Shown in pieces: positions 36,687-45,846 of a DNA stretch of 64,000 bases. Numbering within the stretch: position 1 is the first letter of the stretch; every line of letters begins with the position of its first letter. The stretch comes from a virus (Duplodnaviria; Caudoviricetes): IMG/VR virus record IMGVR_UViG_2706795384_000001, positions 7,201-71,200 of that record; one strand, 5' to 3'. The notes beneath the pieces were generated by a model that was given only the letters and a program-made list of their open reading frames with translations, ran no database searches and was not told the origin of the DNA. Both the position numbers and the translations under genes were made by a program.

Positions 36687-37035
36687 AATCCCGGGGCTGT
36701 GGGGCGAACCAGAGGCGCCCCCAGCCCCGCGAGCTCTGCCCGTGTCGTGGGACGGCATCCCCATGGAATGGCGGGAATGGCACGCTGAGAACCAAATCAC
36801 GATATGCCCACCCATCCCCCGCGAGCCATGCCCCCACTGTGGCTTTGACGACGCCCCGCGCTCTATGTGCCGGGGCGTCCGGGTGGGTTCCAAGCTGCTG
36901 GGGCCACTCTTTGCGTTCCGCTGCCAGAGTTGCGGCGGCGACACCGTGCACGACCTGCAAGCTGGGGATACCTGGATCCTTGAGCTAGACGACTACGGGC
37001 CGGAAGGCTCAAACAACGTAAGGGTTGACCTATGA
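36679..37035 (+). CDS. Zinc-binding hypothetical protein
   Basis: CPHC and CQSC pairs. Confidence 0.65.
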   Translation: MDEIPGLWGEPEAPPAPRALPVSWDGIPMEWREWHAENQITICPPIPREPCPHCGFDDAPRSMCRGVRVGSKLLGPLFAFRCQSCGGDTVHDLQAGDTWILELDDYGPEGSNNVRVDL

Positions 37036-37181
37036 AACGCTTTTGGAAGTGACTAACCCGGCCCGACGCTGAAACAGCCCTCATGAACCGGGACGTTGAG
37101 AACATCACCGCACTGTTCAACTCCCTGCCCCTGCCCAAAAACGAAATCCCAAGCACCATACGCAAGGTCCGTTACTGGTAA

Positions 37182-37215
37182 AAACAGGCACGCCCCGGGG
37201 CAGACTGAGAGTATG
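37182..37215 (+). promoter_or_regulatory. AAACAGGCAC-box promoter 2 (-10 CAGACT), leaderless
   Basis: ATG 37213 exactly 31 nt from box start. Confidence 0.8.
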
Positions 37216-37539
37216 ACGACTAAACCGACACCCAACGCTGAGGTGCACCGCACCACGATAGCTAACCGTTTCCGGGGCTGGTGCGACACCCACCAAGACG
37301 GCTGGAACGGCACCCGGCCCACCGCTGAAAAGTGGGTCAAGAACCACAACGAGACCCACCACAAGGACAAGGCCACCTGTTGCCACTGCAACCGGCCAAT
37401 CACCCGGAACACAGCCCCCAAGCCGCGTGGCGCCGAACGCTGGCCCAAACGCGAGTGGGTGCACAACGTGGAAGACTTCGACCCCAAGAAACCAATGGAC
37501 TGTTTCGACCCCGAACCCTCACCAGGATGGACCCCATGA
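37213..37539 (+). CDS. Hypothetical Cys/His-rich protein
   Basis: Leaderless ATG. Confidence 0.65.
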   Translation: MTTKPTPNAEVHRTTIANRFRGWCDTHQDGWNGTRPTAEKWVKNHNETHHKDKATCCHCNRPITRNTAPKPRGAERWPKREWVHNVEDFDPKKPMDCFDPEPSPGWTP

Positions 37540-37850
37540 CCGCCGCAGAACCTCAGATTGGGGATACTGTCACCATCAACTCACCCGGGCACCGCATGCA
37601 CGGCAGAACCGGGGTTGTGGAGTACACCAAAAGCATTCTGGGCACTACCGGGGTGAGCATCAAGGGCGACCGTTACGGGTTCCTACCCAACGAGGTGGTG
37701 GCCGTCGCCCCGGCCCCTGAACCGTGCCATGAATGCCGGTGCCACATATCCCCGCCCTGTTCCGCGTGCGAGAACTGCACCCACTACGACGGGCGCGGCG
37801 ACAATTGCGAGAACCCCTGCCGAGACTGCCAAGACCACGAGGAAGACTGA
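37536..37850 (+). CDS. KOW/SH3-like plus Cys-rich protein
   Basis: IGDTVTI...HGRTGVV; CRCHISPPCSAC. Confidence 0.65.
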   Translation: MTAAEPQIGDTVTINSPGHRMHGRTGVVEYTKSILGTTGVSIKGDRYGFLPNEVVAVAPAPEPCHECRCHISPPCSACENCTHYDGRGDNCENPCRDCQDHEED

Positions 37851-38708
37851 ATGACCGCCACAGCTATTGATTCCATTCTTGCCGCCCACCCAGTCTGGGA
37901 ATACCGGATAGTGTCCCAGTCCATTACGTGCGCCGGTCCCGGCTGTGAATGGGAGGTATATCTGCCCCTCACGCACCGGGCTGAGGACGCGCACCGCGCC
38001 CACCAGGCTGAGGCCGTCGCCGCCGCCCTTGCACCCAAGCCCGTTGAGCTCACCACCAAGCCGCTGACCATGAACAGCACCCAACGCCCGGAAGTGTTGC
38101 GCCGATTCAACAGCGACATGGAGGGCGGCAAGCTCACCCTTGTGCACGATTCCGGGCTTCACCGTTACCTGACGTTCCGGCCCCGCAAGGGTAATTTCTG
38201 CTGGTTCGACATCATCACCAGCCCGGGCCAGTTGACCATCCGGGGCGACATGGGCGACTTTGTGTTCGTGCGCGAGCCGGACATGCTGAGGGACTTTTTC
38301 AGCCGCGACGTGAACCCCCACTATTGGCGGGAAAAGCTGGTGGCGCAAGACGTTTCCACCCCTGCATGGCAATATGAGCGCGATCTATTCCGCAAGTACG
38401 TGGCCCAACACTTTTGGGACCGCCGCACCCAGTACACCCCGGACGTGGCAGCCGCCCTATGGGAGGAAATCCGGCAGACCGGCCCCTTGGACGACTGGAC
38501 CGACGCCCACGACGCCACAAGCGCGTGGAACGCCCTAACCAGCTTCACCAGCGAGCAAGCCCCGGGCTACCGCTACGAACCGGACTACGAGGAAGAGTTC
38601 CACGACTACAGCTTCCAATATCTGTGGTGCTGCCACGCCGTGCTGTCGGTCTGCCGTGCGTATCGTGAGTACCACAAACCCAAGACCCTGGAAGGGGCCA
38701 CAGCATGA
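37851..38708 (+). CDS. Hypothetical protein
   Basis: 285 aa; CWFDIIT-x-PGQLTIRGDMG motif. Confidence 0.75.
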   Translation: MTATAIDSILAAHPVWEYRIVSQSITCAGPGCEWEVYLPLTHRAEDAHRAHQAEAVAAALAPKPVELTTKPLTMNSTQRPEVLRRFNSDMEGGKLTLVHDSGLHRYLTFRPRKGNFCWFDIITSPGQLTIRGDMGDFVFVREPDMLRDFFSRDVNPHYWREKLVAQDVSTPAWQYERDLFRKYVAQHFWDRRTQYTPDVAAALWEEIRQTGPLDDWTDAHDATSAWNALTSFTSEQAPGYRYEPDYEEEFHDYSFQYLWCCHAVLSVCRAYREYHKPKTLEGATA

Positions 38709-39127
38709 CAATTGCGCCTATCACCCAATCCGAAATAGACAACGTGGAGGTGACCCGCGAGGGCGACACATTACGTGCCGTCAACGGGGTTATCAAAGTG
38801 ACCGCGTGGATTACGGACCAACCCTCGGTGATCCGAACCCGGGCCGTGATGCTGTTGGCACTTGCCAACTACATTGACAGCCCACCCTTGCCGCCCTTTG
38901 AGTTCCCCAAGAACCACGCAGCCGTGTTACTCGCTGACACGCCCATGGTTGACGGTGCGGTTGGTTTGGCCAGGTTCACCCGCATTGAGAACAGCGGCTG
39001 GTTTAGCGCCGGGTTTGGCTGGCTGACTGAGGACACCATCCGCCGCGAGTTCACCAACTTGCGGGTGGTCTCTTGGGGCGTCCAAGGCGACCCCGAAAAC
39101 CAGATGCCGGACGAAACAACCGAGTAA
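38705..39127 (+). CDS. Hypothetical protein
   Basis: ATGA coupling. Confidence 0.7.
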   Translation: MTIAPITQSEIDNVEVTREGDTLRAVNGVIKVTAWITDQPSVIRTRAVMLLALANYIDSPPLPPFEFPKNHAAVLLADTPMVDGAVGLARFTRIENSGWFSAGFGWLTEDTIRREFTNLRVVSWGVQGDPENQMPDETTE

Positions 39128-39135
39128 GCCACCCC

Positions 39136-39175
39136 AAAAGCCCCGTGACGCATCCCACAGTGTCGCGGGGCTTTT
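39136..39175 (+). terminator. Intrinsic terminator
   Basis: AAAAGCCCCGTGAC...GTCGCGGGGCTTTT. Confidence 0.75.
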
Positions 39176-39213
39176 GCGTACTGTCAGCCCACCAGCAAAC
39201 AAAGAGGTTGACC

Positions 39214-39375
39214 ATGGCAAAGCACCGCGTAACCCACCTGACCAAGTGCCATGAGTGCGCCACACTCGTGGAGGAACCCTGCCGGTTCGCATTTGAGTAC
39301 GCCCTATGCTCGCGCCACAAGGACTGTAAACCGTGCCCCCTTTTAGAGTGGCGGGAAAAACAGGCACGGCACTAA
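39214..39375 (+). CDS. Small Cys-rich protein
   Basis: RBS AAAGAGG; six Cys. Confidence 0.55.
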   Translation: MAKHRVTHLTKCHECATLVEEPCRFAFEYALCSRHKDCKPCPLLEWREKQARH

Positions 39376-39391
39376 ATAGTGTGGGGATATG
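39358..39391 (+). promoter_or_regulatory. AAACAGGCAC-box promoter 3 (-10 TAGTGT), leaderless
   Basis: ATG 39389 at +31. Confidence 0.8.
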
Positions 39392-39820
39392 AGCACTTTT
39401 CAGAAACCCCGACGCAACACCCGCGCCCAACTGATTGACCAAGCCCGAACCCTTGGGGATCCCAACTGGTCCCTGTCCGTGCCGGCTGAGGCCAAGCAAC
39501 TTATCAACGCCCTTGCCGAACAGGTGGCCATTTCCATGCCACCACCTCAAGCGGTGATCCCGGAAGACGCCCCGCGTGACCCCATTGTGACGCTCGCGCA
39601 CAGCGCCAACCAATACCTTGAATACCGCAAGGGCAAGCTTGAAGACCACCTAGCCAACCTGGAACGCACCATTGCCGACCTACGCAAGTACCCCGGCAGC
39701 GACGGCGTGAACCTCATGATCCGCGCCACTGAGGCAGCCAACGCCGCCACCCAACTGCAAGCCGCAATGGAACACGCCGAACAGTTCGCCTACCTTGTGG
39801 GGGAACGCAAACATGACTAA
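39389..39820 (+). CDS. Hypothetical coiled-coil protein
   Basis: Leaderless ATG. Confidence 0.7.
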   Translation: MSTFQKPRRNTRAQLIDQARTLGDPNWSLSVPAEAKQLINALAEQVAISMPPPQAVIPEDAPRDPIVTLAHSANQYLEYRKGKLEDHLANLERTIADLRKYPGSDGVNLMIRATEAANAATQLQAAMEHAEQFAYLVGERKHD

Positions 39821-40388
39821 GCGGCAATACCTTGTGACATTCGAGGACGGCCACGGCGACTTAGACGCCCTCATGGTGGAACTGCTGCCAAGCAACGCCA
39901 AGGTGGAAAGGCTCGCTGACACAGTGGGCGGGTTCCCCGCTATCTGGGATGCCGACGCCCCACCGGGCAGCATTATGGTGTTCCAGGCTGACAAGCGGGA
40001 ACCAATCGGGCATATCACCCCGGAACCCTCCACGGGCCGGAACTACGGCCCAACCCCGGAAGAATGGGACCAGCTACGGGAACGTGTCAAGGACATGGTG
40101 AAGGGCAACCCGTGGGGCCATGTTGAGGTGATGCAACCAGACGGCACCATGGCCCCGCCTCCTGTTCCCGGGGCGATCCTTGGGACTGGCGGCTGGGTAG
40201 TCCAGGACCCGCCCCCGGCGCGCAAGGGTTCCGACGCGCTCAACCTGCCTGTGTGCGTCAACTGCCACAACATGATTCTCCTGTTTGACGACCACGCCCA
40301 AAGCTGCCCCACACGCCAAGGCGCGTGGCAGCCCCTTGACCTTCCCCCCGGATTCCTGCAACCCAAGGACAACGACCATGAGAACTGA
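39813..40388 (+). CDS. Hypothetical protein
   Basis: Coupled ORF. Confidence 0.65.
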   Translation: MTKRQYLVTFEDGHGDLDALMVELLPSNAKVERLADTVGGFPAIWDADAPPGSIMVFQADKREPIGHITPEPSTGRNYGPTPEEWDQLRERVKDMVKGNPWGHVEVMQPDGTMAPPPVPGAILGTGGWVVQDPPPARKGSDALNLPVCVNCHNMILLFDDHAQSCPTRQGAWQPLDLPPGFLQPKDNDHEN

Positions 40389-40920
40389 ACCGCTGCCCCA
40401 CGAGGACAAAGCACAATTCGAGCTTGCCCGGGCCGTATTCGAGGCGGACAACGGCGCCGCCAAAGACCCTGCATATGAATGGGAGGTAGCCCAGCCAGAA
40501 CTCACGGAATATGCCTTTGGAATCGCCGCTGGCCTTATGCGCCGGGGCTACGCCAAGATTCCCTTGGACCTCATAAGCACGTCGGAAGTGCGCCCCATCA
40601 TCCGTGATTTGGTGGACCCTGACCCGTGCGACATTGACCATAACGGTGGCTGCCAAGCCCATCTTTACCTTTCCCTCAAGCCCGGGGACACATGCCCCCA
40701 GCAAACCGCCAAGAACTGGCTGGAAACCCACCCGGCGCCCGTCCAAGACAAACCCGGGGACGGCGATCTTGTCTGCAGCGGCTGTTCCACATTCACCAGT
40801 TGGGTGGACGCCCCGGAAAAGGGCTGGAAGATCACCCACCGGGGGCCGGATGGCAAGGCCAACATACTGGCCGCGTGGTGCCCCAACTGCGAGCCTTGGG
40901 CGCACCTTGCCAAGGATTGA
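40378..40920 (+). CDS. Hypothetical protein (DPDPCDIDHNGGCQAH motif)
   Basis: RBS AAGGA. Confidence 0.65.
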   Translation: MRTEPLPHEDKAQFELARAVFEADNGAAKDPAYEWEVAQPELTEYAFGIAAGLMRRGYAKIPLDLISTSEVRPIIRDLVDPDPCDIDHNGGCQAHLYLSLKPGDTCPQQTAKNWLETHPAPVQDKPGDGDLVCSGCSTFTSWVDAPEKGWKITHRGPDGKANILAAWCPNCEPWAHLAKD

Positions 40921-41067
40921 GCTTATAAGAGACCACCGTGGCCACATAGCAGGACATGTGGCCACGGTTACCAAGGAAGAACAGGAAGCCGCAGACAAGC
41001 GCGCGGCTGACCGCAACCCGCCCAACACGGACGGCGACTATGACCCCTATGACGATTGGATTGACTG

Positions 41068-41298
41068 GTGAAACAAGGAAAATACTGGTGCTTGGCCCTC
41101 ACGGTGCTGGCCGCGCTGCTGTTCGCTGCGCAGATTTGGACCGGGGACGGGCGCTATGGCGGCATTGCGTGGCTTGCTGTGGGGCTGGCAATCGTGGCCG
41201 GGTTGGTGGGCATCACCCAATCAGTCAAAGCAGAAAGCCAGGAACTCAAAAGCCACTTGGGCATGGACCAGAAACAGGCACGCGAGGGGCGAGACTGA
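41068..41298 (+). CDS. Two-TM membrane protein
   Basis: Two hydrophobic segments. Confidence 0.65.
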   Translation: MKQGKYWCLALTVLAALLFAAQIWTGDGRYGGIAWLAVGLAIVAGLVGITQSVKAESQELKSHLGMDQKQAREGRD

Positions 41299-41305
41299 AA
41301 GTATG
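41272..41305 (+). promoter_or_regulatory. AAACAGGCAC-box promoter 4 (-10 GAGACT), leaderless
   Basis: ATG 41303 at +31. Confidence 0.8.
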
Positions 41306-41497
41306 ACCAATAACCAGCATCCCGACTTTCCCACCGGCCCCACAGCTTTGGAGCAAGACGCAATTGGCGTTTTTGAGGTAACTCAAGCGCTCATTGCCGC
41401 TGGCTTCACTGAGGAACAGGCATTCAAGTACATAGCGATACGGTCCGCCGTCGTCGTGAACTGCGCAAGCTGTGGGGCGGCACCCAATGAACAGTAA
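41303..41497 (+). CDS. Small hypothetical protein
   Basis: Leaderless ATG. Confidence 0.6.
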   Translation: MTNNQHPDFPTGPTALEQDAIGVFEVTQALIAAGFTEEQAFKYIAIRSAVVVNCASCGAAPNEQ

Positions 41498-41990
41498 CGA
41501 CTTTCAGCCGCGCCCCGCCGGGGACGTGGTGCCCGATCCGTTCGTGGAGGGCAGCAACAACAGGTGGATGCCGTTCGATCCCATCAAAGCGGCCATGGGC
41601 TACCACGCAGCCCGGGCGCTGGCGTACCACCGCCAAACCGAGCTTGAACCCGGCAACACCAACGCCGTGGCGCTCATGGTCACTGAGTACCACATTGCAA
41701 GCCTCTACTACGCCCAAGTGACCGGGGGCATGACCCGCAAGGGCTGTATTGGGTTCAACAAAGGCATGCGAGAACGCCCGGAAGCGACCCTGCACAACAT
41801 CATTCACATGCTGACGTTCTTGGGCGTTGACCCCCGGGAAATCAGGCCGTTCGTCAGCCCTGAAACGGACCCCGAACCAGTCCACGTGAGCGTGAGTATG
41901 CCCCGCAGCGCCGTGACCAACCGTTACCGAGTCAATCGCCCAACCATCACACCCGCAGACGCCAACCAGGAAGACCAGAACAATGCCTGA
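41487..41990 (+). CDS. Hypothetical protein
   Basis: Coupled ORF. Confidence 0.65.
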   Translation: MNSNDFQPRPAGDVVPDPFVEGSNNRWMPFDPIKAAMGYHAARALAYHRQTELEPGNTNAVALMVTEYHIASLYYAQVTGGMTRKGCIGFNKGMRERPEATLHNIIHMLTFLGVDPREIRPFVSPETDPEPVHVSVSMPRSAVTNRYRVNRPTITPADANQEDQNNA

Positions 41991-43071
41991 AATGCTCAAG
42001 TGCACTGAATTTATGGCCGAAATTGAGCCGGACGCTAAGCCCGGTTCCTTCATGCTTTGCCGCCATGGCCGGCTGTACCGTCTCAAGCGCAAGGGCTGGC
42101 AGCCAGTCCGCAACCCGTGGCTCAAATGGTCCATCAAGAGGCAGTTACGCAAGGCCATGCTTGAACGCGCCTTTGAACTCGCGCTTGAAGCATGCAAAGC
42201 CGCCGCCGCGCGCGACGAACAGCGCAACGGACCAGACCCCAAGCTTGCCCCGGGTTGGTCCCGGGTAGCCAACCCCGAACAATACGCCGCGAACCTGAAC
42301 CTTGACCCGGAATATTTGGCAGCCCTCAACAACCTGCCCCGCGAGCTTCGAGACCCGGACGGCTTCGAGGTCAACCGCGTAGTGGGCAGGGCCACCCTGA
42401 AAGCGGGAGAGGACATAAAAGCCGGGGACGTTGTGGAACTCGACATGGAGAACCCGCCCAACGCTGACTTCCGCAAAGACCCCGAATATGCGGAAGCCCT
42501 CAAGGAATGGAAGGCATCCAAAGACGCCAATGTGGTCATGGAAGTGCCCATTGAGCGCACGGAATCGGGATCCTTGGAACAGTCCGGCCCCACCAAAACC
42601 ACCATTGAGGGCCACGAAATCAGCACCCTTGACCAAGCGGAAGCCGTCCGCGAGTTCTACCAAGCCAACTACCAGCGCTTGAAGCACGAGGGCAAGGACA
42701 CCACCCGGGTTGAGTACATGGTCGGGCAACTGGACAAGCACATTGGCATTCACTTCGAGCGCATCCCGCTGACCAAGATTGACGGCACCTACCTGACCGA
42801 GGACGAAATCCGGGACGCCGCCGCCAAGCTCAACCTGGACGTGGCCATTGACGTGTCCGCTGGCAGCGCCAAGGTGGACGTGATCACCACCCCCAACGCC
42901 GAACCCAAGCAAGCCCGTGGTGGCGTAATCACTGACCCGCCCCTGCCCCCGGGGGCTATCAGCGTCCAGCTTTCCCCGGGCAGCGTGAGCCTTGACGCTG
43001 TGGCTGGCGAGGTCATGAATGCCGCGGCTGACGAAATCCGCCGAACCGGCGCCCGGGGCGTGTGGCTGTGA
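41983..43071 (+). CDS. Hypothetical mosaic protein
   Basis: 362 aa. Confidence 0.7.
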   Translation: MPEMLKCTEFMAEIEPDAKPGSFMLCRHGRLYRLKRKGWQPVRNPWLKWSIKRQLRKAMLERAFELALEACKAAAARDEQRNGPDPKLAPGWSRVANPEQYAANLNLDPEYLAALNNLPRELRDPDGFEVNRVVGRATLKAGEDIKAGDVVELDMENPPNADFRKDPEYAEALKEWKASKDANVVMEVPIERTESGSLEQSGPTKTTIEGHEISTLDQAEAVREFYQANYQRLKHEGKDTTRVEYMVGQLDKHIGIHFERIPLTKIDGTYLTEDEIRDAAAKLNLDVAIDVSAGSAKVDVITTPNAEPKQARGGVITDPPLPPGAISVQLSPGSVSLDAVAGEVMNAAADEIRRTGARGVWL

Positions 43072-43490
43072 CGCATCCCCTTGTGGAGTTCCTGACGGCG
43101 CGACTGGCCGAACAGGAAGCCCTAGCCAAGACGTGCCTACTGCCTGAACACACGCACCCCTACGGTGACGAAAGGATCCCGGCCTCACGCCCGGACCAGT
43201 GGGCAAGGGACTTGGATAACTACCTCGGCGGACCCTACGGCAAGCACACGGGCTATTGGTCCCCCACCCAGGTGCTGGCCGAAATCCACGTAAAACGCGG
43301 CCTTGTGGCCGAACACCAGCCCCAGAACGGCGGACAGTGGAACGGTGGCGAGGCAAGCAACTATCTGTGTTGCACCATGTGCGGCCACGCAGACGCCGCC
43401 CCCATGAACTACCCCTGCAACGTGCTGCGCTGGCTGGGGCAGCCCTACCAAGACCACGAGGACTACCAAGGCGCATGGGCGCATGAGTAA
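43068..43490 (+). CDS. DUF6221-like protein (paralogue 1)
   Basis: LVEFLTARLAEQE...VLAEIHVKRGL...LRWLGQPYQDHEDY. Confidence 0.7.
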   Translation: MTHPLVEFLTARLAEQEALAKTCLLPEHTHPYGDERIPASRPDQWARDLDNYLGGPYGKHTGYWSPTQVLAEIHVKRGLVAEHQPQNGGQWNGGEASNYLCCTMCGHADAAPMNYPCNVLRWLGQPYQDHEDYQGAWAHE

Positions 43491-43842
43491 CCCAGTTGAC
43501 TTCCTCAAAGCTCGCTTGGACGAGGAAGAACAGACGGCACTAAAAGCCCTCACAATCGACAAAGGGCAGCCCATCCCCAAGGATGCCGAATACAGCTACA
43601 GCATGGACGTGCACGGTTATGAGAGCTTCGCAACTGAAGCGCAGTCCAAGATCGTGGATACCTGGAACCCCATAAGGGTGCTGGCTGAGGTAAAGGCCAA
43701 GCGTGAGGCACTGGCCCACTACGAGTCCATGGACTGGACCGTTGAGCCGTCCGGCGAACAGCAATATGCGGCCAAGTTCGTCACGTTCATGGTGAACGTC
43801 TACGCGGACCACCCGGACTTCCACCCGGGCTGGAAAGACTGA
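43483..43842 (+). CDS. DUF6221-like protein (paralogue 2)
   Basis: PVDFLKARLDEEE...VLAEVKAKR...VYADHPDFHPGW. Confidence 0.7.
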   Translation: MSNPVDFLKARLDEEEQTALKALTIDKGQPIPKDAEYSYSMDVHGYESFATEAQSKIVDTWNPIRVLAEVKAKREALAHYESMDWTVEPSGEQQYAAKFVTFMVNVYADHPDFHPGWKD

Positions 43843-43890
43843 CCCCGTGTTAGGCTGTACCCGTCCTTGACGATTAGATCCGTTGACCTG

Positions 43891-43919
43891 AAAGCCCCCG
43901 GTAACCCCGGGGGCTTTTT
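43891..43919 (+). terminator. Intrinsic terminator
   Basis: AAAGCCCCCGG-TAAC-CCCGGGGGCTTTTT. Confidence 0.8.
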
Positions 43920-43928
43920 GGTGCCCAC

Positions 43929-43990
43929 ATGTAAAGAATCGGGCCGTTTTCTTACACGTCCTGGCAACGTGTAAAGCTTCCTTACACGTC
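43929..43990. repeat. Paired TGTAAAG / CTTACACGT inverted motifs (two pairs)
   Basis: ATGTAAAG 43929, CTTACACGT 43951, ACGTGTAAAG 43967, CTTACACGT 43981. Confidence 0.65.
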
Positions 43991-44009
43991 CCCCCGCGAG
44001 CCCCGGCAG

Positions 44010-44043
44010 AAACAGGCACGCGCCCACAGAGAATGGGAATATG
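44010..44043 (+). promoter_or_regulatory. AAACAGGCAC-box promoter 5 (-10 GAGAAT), leaderless
   Basis: ATG 44041 at +31. Confidence 0.8.
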
Positions 44044-44850
44044 ACCACTACACCGATGCTTGAGGGAGTCCGGGCGCTCATTGAAGCCAACGGGCACACC
44101 CTCCCGGCGCAACTCAAAAGCGCCGAACTGTTCGCCGGATATGGCGGCTTGGCCCAAGCCATTGAACGCAGCTTTGACGCCGAAACAATCTGGCTTAGCG
44201 AGTTTGACGACGCCCCAAGCAAGATACTTGCCCACCACTGGCCGGACGCCCCGAACCTTGGGGACGTGACCCGGATTGATTGGGCGGCGCTGGCAGCCAA
44301 CCCGGCCATGCGGCCCAACATCATGGCTGGCGGGTTCCCCTGCCAGGACGTGAGCCTTTCCGGGCGCCGCGCTGGCCTCACGTCCGCCACAAGGTCCGGG
44401 CTGTGGTTCCACTTCCTACGCGGGATTGTGGCCCTGCAGCCTGAGTTCGTGCTATTCGAGAACGTCCGCGGCATCCTGTCTGCCAAGTCCGTGCGAGACA
44501 TGGACAGCACCCCCGAAACGCTCGCGCTGGACGCCGAAATTGAAGAACTGACCACCCGCCGCGACACGCTGGCCATATCATTGGATGCCCTCTATGACAA
44601 CGCAGACCATGCCGAATACAACGCAATTGAAGACCGAATTTCTGGCCTCTTGGAACAGCGAGACCGGGCAATGGGAAACAGCACAGATGGACCTATTCAG
44701 CGAGCTCTCGGAACCGTTCTCGGGGACTTGGCCGACGCAGGGTATGACGCGCAATGGAGTGGCCTACGCGCTGCCGACGTGGGCGCCCCCCATGGCCGAT
44801 TCCGCGTTTTCGGGCTTGGAATCCGGCGAGACCTCCTCAACGCTGTTTAA
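44041..44850 (+). CDS. C5-cytosine DNA methyltransferase, N-terminal (catalytic) part
   Basis: Motifs I LFAGYGG, IV GFPCQD, VI ENV, VIII PHGRFRVF. Confidence 0.9.
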   Translation: MTTTPMLEGVRALIEANGHTLPAQLKSAELFAGYGGLAQAIERSFDAETIWLSEFDDAPSKILAHHWPDAPNLGDVTRIDWAALAANPAMRPNIMAGGFPCQDVSLSGRRAGLTSATRSGLWFHFLRGIVALQPEFVLFENVRGILSAKSVRDMDSTPETLALDAEIEELTTRRDTLAISLDALYDNADHAEYNAIEDRISGLLEQRDRAMGNSTDGPIQRALGTVLGDLADAGYDAQWSGLRAADVGAPHGRFRVFGLGIRRDLLNAV

Positions 44851-45511
44851 GACGCCAACCAGTCAACTGGCGATCAATGGGGGCAGCCAGCACCCGGACA
44901 AGCGCAAGGCCGGGGGAAACGGCCCGACGCTGGCGGACGAAATCGAACACCTGTTGCCGAACGTGTCCGTGCTGTTCCCGACGCCCACCACCCAAGACGG
45001 CGCCAACGACGGCGGACCCTCCCAATTCGAGCGCAACACGCCCCCGCTCAACACCATGGTCAAGATGCTGCCCACCCCGGCAGCCAACGACAGTGGCAAC
45101 ACCCCGGAAGACCACCTACGGAAGAAACCCGGGCGCACCCAGATAACCAGCTTGCAGGTCATTGCTGATTACGGCCTCTTTGCGTCCGGCGGCAAGCTGG
45201 TGGACCCTGACGACGCCCCGCCCATGAGCGAGTGGGGCGACTACGAGCCAGCAATTAGGCGCTGGGAAGCGATCTTTGGGCACATGTCCCCACCGGCCAC
45301 TGAACCCCGCGGCAAGGACGGGGCAAGCCGTCTAAGCCCCCGCTTTGTGGAGTGGATGATGGGCCAGCAACCCGGGCACGTCACGGACGTGGACATAACC
45401 AGCAACGCCCAACTCAAGGCACTGGGCAATGGGGTGGTCCCGCAACAGGCTGTTGCCGCGATTCACCACCTGTTTGAACGATTCGTCGCCGCATATGGGA
45501 GGACAGCGTGA
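44585..45511 (+). CDS. C5-cytosine DNA methyltransferase, C-terminal part (TRD plus motifs IX-X); start uncertain
   Basis: RLSPRFVEWMMG...QLKALGNGVVPQQA; overlaps previous ORF in another frame. Confidence 0.8.
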   Translation: MPSMTTQTMPNTTQLKTEFLASWNSETGQWETAQMDLFSELSEPFSGTWPTQGMTRNGVAYALPTWAPPMADSAFSGLESGETSSTLFKTPTSQLAINGGSQHPDKRKAGGNGPTLADEIEHLLPNVSVLFPTPTTQDGANDGGPSQFERNTPPLNTMVKMLPTPAANDSGNTPEDHLRKKPGRTQITSLQVIADYGLFASGGKLVDPDDAPPMSEWGDYEPAIRRWEAIFGHMSPPATEPRGKDGASRLSPRFVEWMMGQQPGHVTDVDITSNAQLKALGNGVVPQQAVAAIHHLFERFVAAYGRTA

Positions 45512-45846
45512 GGAAGAAACGCGAGCCGCGCACATTCGATTTCCGGCGCACCTACTGGGGTCACGCCTTTGACGTGCACGGCGTCCCGGACAAAAAACGC
45601 CCCGGCCAGTGGAAGCGCGGCAAGTTCACGGGCTGGACCATATCCACACCCCGGCCCATGCCAGGTGACCGGATGCTATGGGCCACCGCGCTGGGGCACA
45701 TAGTCGCTGAAATCACCGAAGTGGACCCATACCGTGACCCCCAAGACATGGCCAAAATCAAGGGCAAAGTTGTGGAGCGCGTAAGAACAGGCACGGGCGC
45801 TGAAACACTGAACACAGACGTAACTACCAAGAAAGTGAACCCGTGA
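45508..45846 (+). CDS. Hypothetical protein
   Basis: GTGA coupling, RBS GGAGG. Confidence 0.7.
   Translation: MRKKREPRTFDFRRTYWGHAFDVHGVPDKKRPGQWKRGKFTGWTISTPRPMPGDRMLWATALGHIVAEITEVDPYRDPQDMAKIKGKVVERVRTGTGAETLNTDVTTKKVNP
45785..45816 (+). promoter_or_regulatory. Box promoter 6, variant GAACAGGCAC (-10 AACACT)
   Basis: Same spacing; lies within the preceding ORF, upstream of the second MTase. Confidence 0.6.

Noticed and set aside
31300-45000. C/A-rich plus strand as a marker of replication direction
   Set aside because: Judged only by eye and confounded by codon and amino-acid use; needs a computed skew.
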